From: Candidatus Bathyarchaeota archaeon
Lineage (GTDB): Archaea > Thermoproteota > Bathyarchaeia > Bathyarchaeales > Bathycorpusculaceae
Length of the DNA stretch: 64,000 bases
Direction: 5' to 3'
NCBI GenBank assembly: GCA_963780185.1
Contig: CAWABA010000001.1
Location: 1-64,000, forward strand
In this document: in pieces, positions 17,366-26,736 of the stretch
Layout of the letters: the number at the start of each line of letters is the position of its first letter
Numbering within the stretch: the first letter of the stretch is position 1
The notes under the pieces: generated by a model
Told to the model about the DNA's origin: nothing
Seen by the model: the letters and a program-made list of their open reading frames with translations, nothing else
Databases searched by the model: none
Program-made: the position numbers and the translations under genes

Positions 17366-19674
17366 ATCAGCACCAATTTCTTTGAGAAGACCCCTTCAAA
17401 CAAATCTTTCTTCTTATTAAAAGCCCGCTCTTCCAGCGTTAATTTTGTTTCGGATAAGCATTCGACAGTTATCTTTTTTGTGCCCATTTTAAGGTTTACT
17501 GATCTCACGTTTGATTGGTGAGTGTAATCTAAGCCGTCTGCCGCGCGTAAAAGACTGGATAGAACCTTTATGACTTTTACGGTTTCGCGGTCTAAACCCC
17601 GCAGGTTGAAGTGTTTTTGTTTAGGCAAACCCTTGCGATGATAACGCGCCACGCTTGCCACAATCCGTCGCTCCCGAGACGAAAAAGGCAACTGCGTGTT
17701 GTTGAGGATAAGTCTGGCTGTTACTTTATGGTGCCCCTGTCTGCCCTCCAGCAAGCCTGCATCATGCATTATGGAAGCACATTCAAGCCAGCATCTTTCA
17801 CGTTCACCCAAATTATGCAGCTTGGCTAATCCATCGAAGAAGTCTAAAGCAAGCTTGGTGACCTGCCTGCAGTGGGCTAAGTCTTGCCCGTATCCTTTGG
17901 CAAATTCTTTGGACGCGTCGACTTTTGCTTTGCAGTTTTCAAGTGCAGCCTTTTCTCTGGCGGCGTCTTCCTCAAGTATTTCGTCGATAGAAACGCCTTG
18001 AAGCAGCATCTGGGAAAAGCTTTCAGGTAAACCTTTTCTCCTAAGAGCGTCGGCGGCGGCTTCAACATCATAATCTACACGAATCATCTCGACCTTGAAG
18101 GGATTAAACTTCAAAATTGCGTAGGCTGCTTGATGGTTTGCGTCGCCGGGTCTTCCTACGCTTCCAGGGTTGACGAAGGAGGCTCCATCTACTTTCCGAC
18201 AGAGTTGCACATGAGAGTGCCCCACGATTATCACGTCGGCTTTCGCGGCTTCGGCGAGTTTTTTTAGCCGTTCAATTGGAGTGTCCTCGGTAATGTGTTC
18301 ATCAATCGATTCGGGGCTTCCATGTGTTACGAGCAGTTTCACGCCTCCGATTTGGAGCCTGAGTTCTCGCGGCAAGGAGCTAAGGTAGCTTTGGCATGAT
18401 TTGGCTAGCTCTTTTTTGGTGAAGTTGAAAGCAGCCCTTTTTTCGCTTTTGGCTTTGGGTTCGCTTTCGATGACTTCGGCATCATAGTTTCCCAGAACGC
18501 TTAGAACGTTTTTTTCGCATAGCAGCTCAACAACATCGTTCGGGTAGGCGCCGTATCCTATGGAGTCTCCTGCGTTGAGGAAAAGATCGACGCCTCGTTC
18601 TTCAGCGTCTTGAATAACCGCTTCTAAAGCTTGGAGATTAGCATGGACGTCTGAGAGCACCGCGATTTTAGCATCTGGGTTCGCCAGAATCTGGCTTGTT
18701 TTTTCCTCATTCACTGTTGATCCCTCTTTGGTCGTTGCCTTGAGTTGTTCAAAAAAGTTTTGTTTTTGGTTTTCTTCCCAAAGCTGAACAAAGCTTCCAT
18801 AATGATCTTTTCTCTGGGCTACTATGTAAGCCAGAAAACTCTGTATTGCTTGCTCAAACTTTGCGGCGTCGAATTTTTTGTCGGCTTTCGCTTTGGTTGC
18901 CTCGATGAATTTGGGTAAACTGTCGATCCAGACTTCCAGGTCATGTTTTTCGCCCAGTATGTCTTGGTAGGTTTTTACTGTTTCGATTTCGTTTTTCAGC
19001 TTGTCTTTGTATAGTGGCGCGAAGAACTCCATGGTGTAGCGAAGCTTCTTTGCATGAATCCTCATTTCATGATGCTTCTGGTTTGCGTTCTCTACATGGA
19101 CATATTTTTCCAGCGAAAGAAAATCGTCAAGTCTGAAGCATATTTGCCAAAGGGCTTTTTTAAGCACTTGATCGGGGTTAAAAGTCAGGTTTGGCTTTTC
19201 CGCGAGGACTTTTCCGCAGAAGCCGCCCATGGTTTCCAAAACATCTGACGCCTTAAGCTTGTCTATCCCGCTGGTGACCAAAGGCTGAACCGCATCTCTG
19301 TTGCTTACGCGGTCGCGGAGCAGGATGTTAACGTATTTTTTTTCTTCCGAGCCGATGTTTTTTAAGTATTTTTTCACGAATGCTATTTGGACGTCAAGGT
19401 CTCTTGCCTCTCCAAGCAGGCGAGTGACTTTTTTTATTTTTTTTGTCCATTTTTTGTATTTCTTGCGTGGAAAACAGGGTTCGAACAACGGCAGTGCGGC
19501 TCTGATTTTGCGTGAGGTGACGCGTGTTTTGTGGACGCATTCTATGTCTTGGTTCTCTATGACGCCGTCAACACTTTCTTCGAACCCGCCGAGCAAATCG
19601 ACGATTGCTTTGCAGCCGAATTGGCAGTAGCTTGTGTCGGCGTCACGTTTGCTGCTTTTAGGTGGGGCGTTCAT
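17350..19674 (-). CDS. CHAD + calcineurin-like metallophosphoesterase + Ppx-type HD domain fusion
   Basis: CHAD: VHKTRVTSRKIR, LGEARDLDV, HEMRIHAKKLRY, QDILGEKHD. Metallophosphoesterase: SDVHAN, GDSIGYG, GNYD, HGSP, GHSH, NPGSVG. HD: IMHDAG, ARYHRK, ADGLD. Confidence 0.85.
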   Translation of the reverse strand: MNAPPKSSKRDADTSYCQFGCKAIVDLLGGFEESVDGVIENQDIECVHKTRVTSRKIRAALPLFEPCFPRKKYKKWTKKIKKVTRLLGEARDLDVQIAFVKKYLKNIGSEEKKYVNILLRDRVSNRDAVQPLVTSGIDKLKASDVLETMGGFCGKVLAEKPNLTFNPDQVLKKALWQICFRLDDFLSLEKYVHVENANQKHHEMRIHAKKLRYTMEFFAPLYKDKLKNEIETVKTYQDILGEKHDLEVWIDSLPKFIEATKAKADKKFDAAKFEQAIQSFLAYIVAQRKDHYGSFVQLWEENQKQNFFEQLKATTKEGSTVNEEKTSQILANPDAKIAVLSDVHANLQALEAVIQDAEERGVDLFLNAGDSIGYGAYPNDVVELLCEKNVLSVLGNYDAEVIESEPKAKSEKRAAFNFTKKELAKSCQSYLSSLPRELRLQIGGVKLLVTHGSPESIDEHITEDTPIERLKKLAEAAKADVIIVGHSHVQLCRKVDGASFVNPGSVGRPGDANHQAAYAILKFNPFKVEMIRVDYDVEAAADALRRKGLPESFSQMLLQGVSIDEILEEDAAREKAALENCKAKVDASKEFAKGYGQDLAHCRQVTKLALDFFDGLAKLHNLGERERCWLECASIMHDAGLLEGRQGHHKVTARLILNNTQLPFSSRERRIVASVARYHRKGLPKQKHFNLRGLDRETVKVIKVLSSLLRAADGLDYTHQSNVRSVNLKMGTKKITVECLSETKLTLEERAFNKKKDLFEGVFSKKLVLIWKSR

Positions 19675-21820
19675 TCCAGATGCCTCGGTTCTTGATTAGC
19701 CAAGCTTGAGAGTCGATGATTTGCTCTCCGTCTTTGGGTTTTACTCTTTCGTAGGTTCCATCTGGAAGCAGCCTTCTCGCTTTAACGTTGTCGCAGAGAT
19801 GGATTTTAAGCATGTTTTCGAAGAGGGCGCGGCGTAGGTACGGGTCGGGCACGCATAAGAGGACTTCGATTCGTTCGTTGAGGTTTCTAAACATCATATC
19901 TGAGCTGCCGATTAAAACTTCATCTTCTATCTCTCCGCGGAAATAGTAGATTCGGGCGTGCTCAAGGAAGCGTCCCACGATGGATATTACCGAAATGTTG
20001 TCGCTTACTCCCTGAATTCCCGGTCGCAGGCAGCATAAACCCCGCACGTTGAGGTCAACCTTGATCCCCGCCATCGACGCCTTATACAACGCCTGGATGA
20101 TTTCTGTTTCCTCAAGATTGTTCAGTTTAAGAGCTAAGTATCCTTTCCCCGTTTTCTGATGAAAACTAATTTCTTTTTCGATGCGCCTCAAAACTTCCTT
20201 TTTAAGCGTTTTAGGTGCCACAAGTAGGTTTCTGAACTCTTTTTCTTGGAGCCCATTTATGATGATGTTGAAGAGCTCGTTAAGTTCCAAGCCAACTTCT
20301 GGGTTCGCCGTTAGGTAGCCGATGTCGCCGTAGATTTTCGCGGTTACGGAATTGTAGTTGCCTGAGCCGATGTGTGAGATCCTTACGGTTTCGCCGTCTT
20401 CTTTTTTGACGATTAGGCAGAGTTTTGCGTGAACCTTGAACTTGGGAAAATTGTAAACGGCGTTTATTCCGCCTTGCCTCAGCTTAGAAACGAGGCGGAT
20501 GTTGTTTTCTTCGTCGAATTTGGCTTTCAACTCTACTATCGCGGTGACTTTTTTGCCTTTTTCAGCCGCCTCAATCAACGCGTCTACAACTGGCGAGTTG
20601 TGGTCCATGCGGTACATTGTAATGCAGATTTCTAAGACATTTCTGTCCCGCGCAGCCTCCCGCAGAAGATTAACGATGACGTCGAAGCTGTCGTAGGGGT
20701 GGTACAGGACGAAGTCTTGTTTGGTTATGCTTGCAAGGATGTTTTTTTCAGGGGCCAGAAGAGGCGAGACGCAGGGGAGAAAAGTTTTGTCTTTGAGGTC
20801 TGGGTTATTTATTTTCAACAGCTGCCAGAGATCAACCAGCCCGAGCGGCCCATCAAACTCGTAGGCTAAGTAATCTGGCAACCCCAAAGCTGTGGCTATC
20901 GCTTCTTTAATGGCTGCAGGCACTTTTCTTTCAAATTCTAGCCTGCTTGGGAACCCAACTTTTCTGGTCGAAAGACTCTTCTTTACGGAGTAGAGGAAAT
21001 CTGCTGATTCCTCCATTAAAATGGCTATTTCTCCGTTCCGTGTAAGCCTAAACTGGTACGCCGTGAGGTTTTTTTCGTTTGGAAAAATTATGTCTAAATT
21101 GTTCGCCATCAGGTCTTCGACAAAAACGAAGTTGTACTCTACTTCTTGGCTGTAGACGCTTTTTGGGATTCTTATGAGCCTTCCGAACTCTTCGGTGGGG
21201 ACATCAACCAGGGAGAAGGCGTCTTGCTTAGCGAAGCCTTGCACGTAAAGGGTTATGTGAAGATTCTCGATTGATGTGTTGTCGAAGCCCTCTTTGGTTT
21301 TGACGAAAGGAAGAATAGATTGCTTGAGGAATGCACGCAGGTTTTCTTTATCTTTTAAGCCTAAGTCGTTGAATTTCCAGATGAAAATTCTTTCCTTCGC
21401 TAGGGCAGGAAGAAGCTCGTTTCTCCAGCAAGCCGCATGCTTCCCAATCAAGGGAACTATCTCTTTTCGGGTAGCCTCAATCTGTTCCAACGCAGACATG
21501 CCGTCCATCGATTTTTCGGTTGATCCTGAGTTGACTTTTTTCATAAGTCGGGGAATCCGCGTCATGAAAAACTCGTCGAGGTTACTGCCGCAGATGGCGA
21601 TAAATTTAACCCTTTCAAGGAGGGGATGCCTGAGGTCCAGTGCTTCTTCAAGGACGCGCACGTTAAATCTTATCCAGCTGAGTTCCCGATTTAAGAAGTA
21701 GCTTGGGTTATCCAACTGCTTTTTCTGGCTTGGGACAGTTTTTGCTTCGGAGTCAGCGTTCGGATTAGGCAAAAGTCCTTTCTCTGACACGTTTTCGACG
21801 GTTACCGTTTGGTCAGTCAT
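19658..21820 (-). CDS. ppk1: polyphosphate kinase 1
   Basis: NRELSWIRFN.RVL, SNLDEFFM.R, YHPYDSF, VELKAKFDEENN, KVHAK, GSGNYN, SIVGRFLEHAR, SSDMM.RNL. Confidence 0.95.
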   Translation of the reverse strand: MTDQTVTVENVSEKGLLPNPNADSEAKTVPSQKKQLDNPSYFLNRELSWIRFNVRVLEEALDLRHPLLERVKFIAICGSNLDEFFMTRIPRLMKKVNSGSTEKSMDGMSALEQIEATRKEIVPLIGKHAACWRNELLPALAKERIFIWKFNDLGLKDKENLRAFLKQSILPFVKTKEGFDNTSIENLHITLYVQGFAKQDAFSLVDVPTEEFGRLIRIPKSVYSQEVEYNFVFVEDLMANNLDIIFPNEKNLTAYQFRLTRNGEIAILMEESADFLYSVKKSLSTRKVGFPSRLEFERKVPAAIKEAIATALGLPDYLAYEFDGPLGLVDLWQLLKINNPDLKDKTFLPCVSPLLAPEKNILASITKQDFVLYHPYDSFDVIVNLLREAARDRNVLEICITMYRMDHNSPVVDALIEAAEKGKKVTAIVELKAKFDEENNIRLVSKLRQGGINAVYNFPKFKVHAKLCLIVKKEDGETVRISHIGSGNYNSVTAKIYGDIGYLTANPEVGLELNELFNIIINGLQEKEFRNLLVAPKTLKKEVLRRIEKEISFHQKTGKGYLALKLNNLEETEIIQALYKASMAGIKVDLNVRGLCCLRPGIQGVSDNISVISIVGRFLEHARIYYFRGEIEDEVLIGSSDMMFRNLNERIEVLLCVPDPYLRRALFENMLKIHLCDNVKARRLLPDGTYERVKPKDGEQIIDSQAWLIKNRGIWNERPT

Positions 21821-22115
21821 ACAATAAAACTAGTGCGATTCTACCTAATCAAGTAATCTAAATTGCATGTTTTTCCTGCGTGTGGAGGTTTTGTTGTTCA
21901 GCGGTCTTGCTTCCTTGGAAGATCGGTAGTTTCTGCGCACTTTGCTCGGCGAATCCTAAATGTCTCATATTCGAAAAGTGGAGTTTTTTTGTTCATGCCT
22001 TTATTCCCCGAAATATCTTCGTAAGTCTAAGGCGATAGCTGTCTTAAGGTCTCTGTAAATAGACTCTATAGTTTATATAGGAAGGGTTAAATTCCGCTTC
22101 GAATAACTAAAACAC

Positions 22116-22574
22116 ATGAATTCTTTAACTCTTAAACAAAAAGGCTTCGCAGATTTCGTTCCTTTGAAAGGACTGCCCTTTTCCAGCCTTCCCTTCAACA
22201 AAAGCAGCGTTCTAGTTCTAGCTGACAGCACACTATCAGGAAAGCCAACTTCAGACATATTGTACATTGGCAAGTCAAAGAAGCCAACCAAAAGAGTCTT
22301 CGGCGGCTACCTTGCTGGTTTCGGCGGAAAAATAACCAGGAAAATCAGTTCAAAGTTGCTTGATGATGGCTACATCGAAAAAGTCGCGGTAAGTTGGATG
22401 CTGACTGAGGATCCGAAGGCAGCGCAGGAAGAATTGCTAGAGAGCTTCAAGAAAGAACACGGCCAATACCCAGCTTGGAATGTCGCAAACAAAAGTTCCC
22501 AAGACACTAAGCCGATCGCTAAAAAAGCTGCAAAAGTCAAGTCCGCTCGTAAACCTGCCAAAACTACGCCCTAA
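22116..22574 (+). CDS. hypothetical protein with GIY-YIG-like motif and basic tail
   Basis: ILYIGKS..R and E.LL..F...HG.YPAWN pattern; Lys/Ala-rich C-terminus. Confidence 0.55.
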   Translation: MNSLTLKQKGFADFVPLKGLPFSSLPFNKSSVLVLADSTLSGKPTSDILYIGKSKKPTKRVFGGYLAGFGGKITRKISSKLLDDGYIEKVAVSWMLTEDPKAAQEELLESFKKEHGQYPAWNVANKSSQDTKPIAKKAAKVKSARKPAKTTP

Positions 22575-22591
22575 AACCTAATTTCCCGCTT

Positions 22592-23128
22592 TCAAGTTTT
22601 GTCTTTAACTGTTGAATAATGCTGGATTAAATCTGCAGTGGACCATGGTAGGCAGTCTTCTTTTTTAAACCCTAAGAGCGCGGCATACTTGTGAATTAAA
22701 CCAGTGTTTTCGGCTTCTATCTCCATGAATTCAGGAATGTATCCGTACTTGCCAAAGTAATGGTCAATATCAAAACGTGCATGGTCAAGCGTATAGCTGA
22801 TTCTGTGCTTCTCATTGCTTTCAGTTAAGGCTAAACCGAGGTTTTCCAAGATTTTTGTGGCTGTGTCCAAATCTGAGATTTCAACGGAGTATTCATCGGC
22901 AGTTTTAGCTTCTTTGTCTACATGAACCTTCTTGTAGGTTAATTCCGCCTTATCGGCTTCTTTCCTTAAGCGCAGCACATCTTTGGCTTTGGTTATTCTG
23001 TCGTCTTTGAAGTCGAAGAACAACGTTTGGATGTCGCCGTCGAAAACCTTTTTCGCACCCAAGGCGATTAGCGTTTGCTCAATTTTTTTTCGGTTAATTT
23101 CTAGAATTTTGGCTTCTATTTCCTGCAT
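22592..23128 (-). CDS. CYTH-domain protein (class IV adenylate cyclase-like / triphosphate tunnel metalloenzyme)
   Basis: EIEAK N-terminal ExExK motif, LRLR, LTYK, EKHR, FMEIE. Confidence 0.88.
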   Translation of the reverse strand: MQEIEAKILEINRKKIEQTLIALGAKKVFDGDIQTLFFDFKDDRITKAKDVLRLRKEADKAELTYKKVHVDKEAKTADEYSVEISDLDTATKILENLGLALTESNEKHRISYTLDHARFDIDHYFGKYGYIPEFMEIEAENTGLIHKYAALLGFKKEDCLPWSTADLIQHYSTVKDKT

Positions 23129-23219
23129 AACTCCAAATGAAGAATATGGCGGTTATAAACATGCTTGCTCCCTGAAAATCCGTCGTCTTTACACTAACGG
23201 GCTCATGAACGTGTCGTGC

Positions 23220-23375
23220 TTAGGCGCATTGCATTGTTTTGACGGTGACATGGTTTGTTTTTTTGATGACTTGATGGTCTAGTCCGCAAACTGGGCAGAA
23301 AATAACTTCAAAGTTTGAGAAGTTCTCGGGGTAAACGTTGAATTTTTTTTCGCAACCCACACATTTTACTTTCAA
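23220..23375 (-). CDS. small zinc-ribbon protein (LysW-like fold)
   Basis: CVGC...CPVCG; TTG 23375 after GAGGTG SD. Confidence 0.6.
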   Translation of the reverse strand: MKVKCVGCEKKFNVYPENFSNFEVIFCPVCGLDHQVIKKTNHVTVKTMQCA

Positions 23376-23391
23376 AGTTTTCACCTCAACT

Positions 23392-23607
23392 CTAACTTCC
23401 CAGAGCAGCCGGTTTGTTCTGGTTCTCTGGGTCTTGCTGGTCAAATTCAAAAGGCTCAAGCTGCAAGACGTGGTTTTTTCGGATGGTCATGTACTCGATT
23501 CCGCAGATTGGGCAGGGCACTAATTCGTATTCGTCAACGTGGTCAAATTCGAAGGTTTCTTTGCAATCTGGGCAGATGAAAGTGTTTGAGCTGTTGATTT
23601 TTTGCAT
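23392..23607 (-). CDS. small zinc-ribbon protein (LysW-like fold, no EDWGE tail)
   Basis: CPDC...ELVPCPICG; ATG with upstream GGTGGGG. Confidence 0.65.
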   Translation of the reverse strand: MQKINSSNTFICPDCKETFEFDHVDEYELVPCPICGIEYMTIRKNHVLQLEPFEFDQQDPENQNKPAALGS

Positions 23608-23891
23608 GTTCCTTTTTCCCCACCTGTGATGTGGGCTTTGGCAAACTTAAGAAATGTCTTGGTAGATTGTAGTAACTATATAGAAGACGCTTAATTTCTT
23701 TTAACACAAAGCTCTCTTTCTCCCGCAACCTACCCCCTCGGCTCCTTGAATGATCCAAATAGGTGCCTCTAGAGGAGAGTCAAATAGACAAGCCACCAAG
23801 CAATTTTTGGAGGTGCAGTAGGTTGCGCTTTTTTCGGGCTGGAAAAAAGTTAAGGCTAAAAGAAATGCCGCTTGTTTTTCGCTGACTTTGG

Positions 23892-25325
23892 TTATTCGCT
23901 TGTGTCTTTCGGCTGAGTTGAGGTTTCTTTTTTATCGTATAGGTCGGGGTTTATTTTCGCGATTGATTGCCTTATTAAGTCACAGTAGTTCTTAACTGCC
24001 CTTTCTTGTTCTTCAAGCACCTTGTTAAGGCTCATTATCTCTTTACCAAGCTGCTCCCTTTCAACTTTAAGAGACGCCTCTAAATCCTGAACTCTCTTTC
24101 CAACATCTGAGATTTTGCTTAGGTATTCAGCAACTGCCCCTGTCGGTTGAGTTGTTTGGCTTTCCCAGTTTTCGTAAATGCCCAGTATTTGGGTTGTGGC
24201 TGCGGCTTGGATTGTTTTTTCCGGTGCCGTTTTGGCTGTTGGGGTGAGTTGTTGGGTGCTTGGCTGCTCTAAGCTGGATTTTTCAAGCGGCACGGTTATT
24301 GTCGGGTAGGTTTGGGTAGCTGGCATTTCTGGCATTTGTGTTCCGATTTTCGGTGTTGGTTTTCGTCTAAGGAAACCCACAAGTAATGTGAAAGTGAAAA
24401 AGCCTGTTGCTACTAAGAGCCACGAGAACAAGCTTATGGAGTTTTCAACAAAGGGGTTGGGTGTCGGAGTGGGTGTGGCTGTTGGTGTCGGCGAAGGGGT
24501 AGGAGTAGGCGAGGCTGTGCTGTTGCTGGCTACGGTGAAATAGACATTTTGGTTTTCGGCTGCGGGAATGTTTGTGCCGTTGTAGGTTCCTGAGTATATT
24601 GCTACATTGATTGTTCCCCAACCTAAAGCTGCATTGTCAGGTATTTGGAGGGCAGCTTCGACTTGGGTTTGATTTGAGCTTGCAATCTGGCTGTTGAGAA
24701 TTTCTGTTTGGTTAATACTTTGGCTTGTCGAGTCTTGCATGTTAATCGTGACGTTTGCTGTTTGGGCTGGTCCCTTGTTGCTCATTGTCGCTTGAACTGT
24801 AACGGTGCTGCCTGGAGAAAAGACCGTTTGATTCTGACCATGCGAATCTAGCAGACTTATTGAAGCGGCTTCTATGTTCCATTGTGTAGTAAAGCTTGAG
24901 CTTTTTGGCTGTGCGTTGTTAACCGTTGCGGTGACGTTCCATGTTCCGATTAGGGCATCTTCGTTTTGTCCTTCTATTGGCAGTCGGAAGGAAAATTCAG
25001 CTTGGCCGTTTGTTGTGGTGGTTTCTATTCTTGTGATCTTTGTCGGGTCAGCGGAGGGACCAACAATGTTGAAGGAGACAAGTACATCGGGTTGCGAAGC
25101 ATTGTTGTATGTCACGGTTGCGCGTACTCTGATTGGATCAAACGGTTGGAACGCAGTGGCTGTTGTGTTTTGATTGTTTAATATTTGCAGTTTTATCGCC
25201 CATGGGTTAGTTGTTGTTTGTGCGTGTGTTGTTTGGATGGTTTGAATAAGGGCAAGGGATAAGATTAGAATTGGCAGAACATACGCCAGATGCTTGTATA
25301 TTTTTTTTGCTTTTAGATGTGTCAA
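23892..25325 (-). CDS. single-pass surface protein: signal peptide, two Ig-like domains, PT linker, TM helix, cytoplasmic coiled coil
   Basis: Hydrophobic N-terminus ending ..THA; FRLP...IGTWNVTATV and LQIPDNAALG..; SPTPTPSPTPT; LFSWLLVATGFFTFTLLVGFLRRK; heptad-rich tail. Confidence 0.75.
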   Translation of the reverse strand: MTHLKAKKIYKHLAYVLPILILSLALIQTIQTTHAQTTTNPWAIKLQILNNQNTTATAFQPFDPIRVRATVTYNNASQPDVLVSFNIVGPSADPTKITRIETTTTNGQAEFSFRLPIEGQNEDALIGTWNVTATVNNAQPKSSSFTTQWNIEAASISLLDSHGQNQTVFSPGSTVTVQATMSNKGPAQTANVTINMQDSTSQSINQTEILNSQIASSNQTQVEAALQIPDNAALGWGTINVAIYSGTYNGTNIPAAENQNVYFTVASNSTASPTPTPSPTPTATPTPTPNPFVENSISLFSWLLVATGFFTFTLLVGFLRRKPTPKIGTQMPEMPATQTYPTITVPLEKSSLEQPSTQQLTPTAKTAPEKTIQAAATTQILGIYENWESQTTQPTGAVAEYLSKISDVGKRVQDLEASLKVEREQLGKEIMSLNKVLEEQERAVKNYCDLIRQSIAKINPDLYDKKETSTQPKDTSE

Positions 25326-25347
25326 TCGTTTTCCCTTTTTTCTGTTT

Positions 25348-26730
25348 CTAGCTTCCTTTCATTCTCTTGTTCAGGTAGTTTCTAAGCAACAATGCCCCGA
25401 TGCATAGCGCAAGATACATCGTTATAAGGACTGTAGCTGCGGCAAATGCAAGGCTCCACGAATAAAACACGACATTCGAACCGTTACTTCCTGCAACGTT
25501 CGCCATGTTGCCCATTATGTTGCTGCTTCCAGGTGAACTCTTAATGAAAACGGTTAATGATGGGAGTTGTTGACGAAAATTAAAAATATACCACCAATGG
25601 GCAGGCAAAGCATACGTGTTCGCTCCCGAATAAGTCGATATTAAGATTAAGGTTTCTCCGAGGGCAACTCCGATTCCTAACAAAATACCAGTTATAATGC
25701 CTGGCAACGCAGCATACAGGGTTACTATCCTTGCTGTCTGCCACTGAGTGGCTCCAAGCGCAAACGACGCTTCCCTGTACGACCTCGGCACGGACTTCAT
25801 GGATTCTTCCGCAACACGAATGTTCCATGGAAGCGCCATAAATGACAGTGATATTGCCGCGGCCCAGAGGCATTGGTCCCACTGCAAGGTTACCGTGAAT
25901 ATGGCGAACCCAATTATAGCAATGACGACGGAAGGTGAACCTGCAAGAGTTTCAATGAACAAGCGAATTATGCTCACTAGCCTATTTTGCGAGGAATATT
26001 CTGCAAGGTAAATTGCTGCGCCGATTCCTATTGGGACAGCTACGAACTCGCAAAAGATCACTACAAGCAGAGAACCGATTGCATAACTTAATACGCCCCC
26101 CGTTGAACCAATCGGTTGCAGTCCCCAGCATATTCTGCTTACATTTGAAATGTTAAGATTCATCGAAGTGAAAAATTGCAAAGATAAGAAAGGTGAAGCC
26201 ATCACAACTACGAATGCAACCATGACAACTACAACGCTGGCGCAAATAATTGCGGAAAGGCGCAAGCCGAGCTTCACTACGTTCTCCATTACAACCGGCG
26301 AATCCATTGTTTGATTTTTACGTCTTCTTCCGTGGAGCGTTTCAAGCGTTGCCGATATGCCGGTTAAAAGCGCGATTGGAATTGTGAAGTAAATAGGCAG
26401 CGCGTTTACGACAATTAGTAACGCTGCTATTGCAAACGTCGCAATCGACAGTTTCCAGCCTAACGAATGTCCTTCCCAAAGCAAATACGCTGAGCAAAAC
26501 AGGACAAGGCTTACCAGCATCATTAGCAACGAAAACATTATGACGGAAACATAATCATCAGCAGTTAACAGGGAAAAAGTCAAACCTTCCATGCCGTTGA
26601 TAAGGTGGATCATGCCTGGCGTCAAAGAGATAATGGCGGAAATGAAAAGCAGGGTTCCTGTCAGCAAGTTTTCCTTTTTCTTGTTTCCAAAGAAATTGGA
26701 AACTTTTGCTAACGTTGACCTAAAATTCAT
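25348..26730 (-). CDS. pstA: phosphate ABC transporter permease PstA with extra N-terminal membrane domain
   Basis: GAAIYLAEY, LAGSPSVVIA, EESMKSVP.SYREASFALGATQWQT (EAA loop), ALGET. Confidence 0.9.
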   Translation of the reverse strand: MNFRSTLAKVSNFFGNKKKENLLTGTLLFISAIISLTPGMIHLINGMEGLTFSLLTADDYVSVIMFSLLMMLVSLVLFCSAYLLWEGHSLGWKLSIATFAIAALLIVVNALPIYFTIPIALLTGISATLETLHGRRRKNQTMDSPVVMENVVKLGLRLSAIICASVVVVMVAFVVVMASPFLSLQFFTSMNLNISNVSRICWGLQPIGSTGGVLSYAIGSLLVVIFCEFVAVPIGIGAAIYLAEYSSQNRLVSIIRLFIETLAGSPSVVIAIIGFAIFTVTLQWDQCLWAAAISLSFMALPWNIRVAEESMKSVPRSYREASFALGATQWQTARIVTLYAALPGIITGILLGIGVALGETLILISTYSGANTYALPAHWWYIFNFRQQLPSLTVFIKSSPGSSNIMGNMANVAGSNGSNVVFYSWSLAFAAATVLITMYLALCIGALLLRNYLNKRMKGS

Positions 26731-26736
26731 TTTTGG

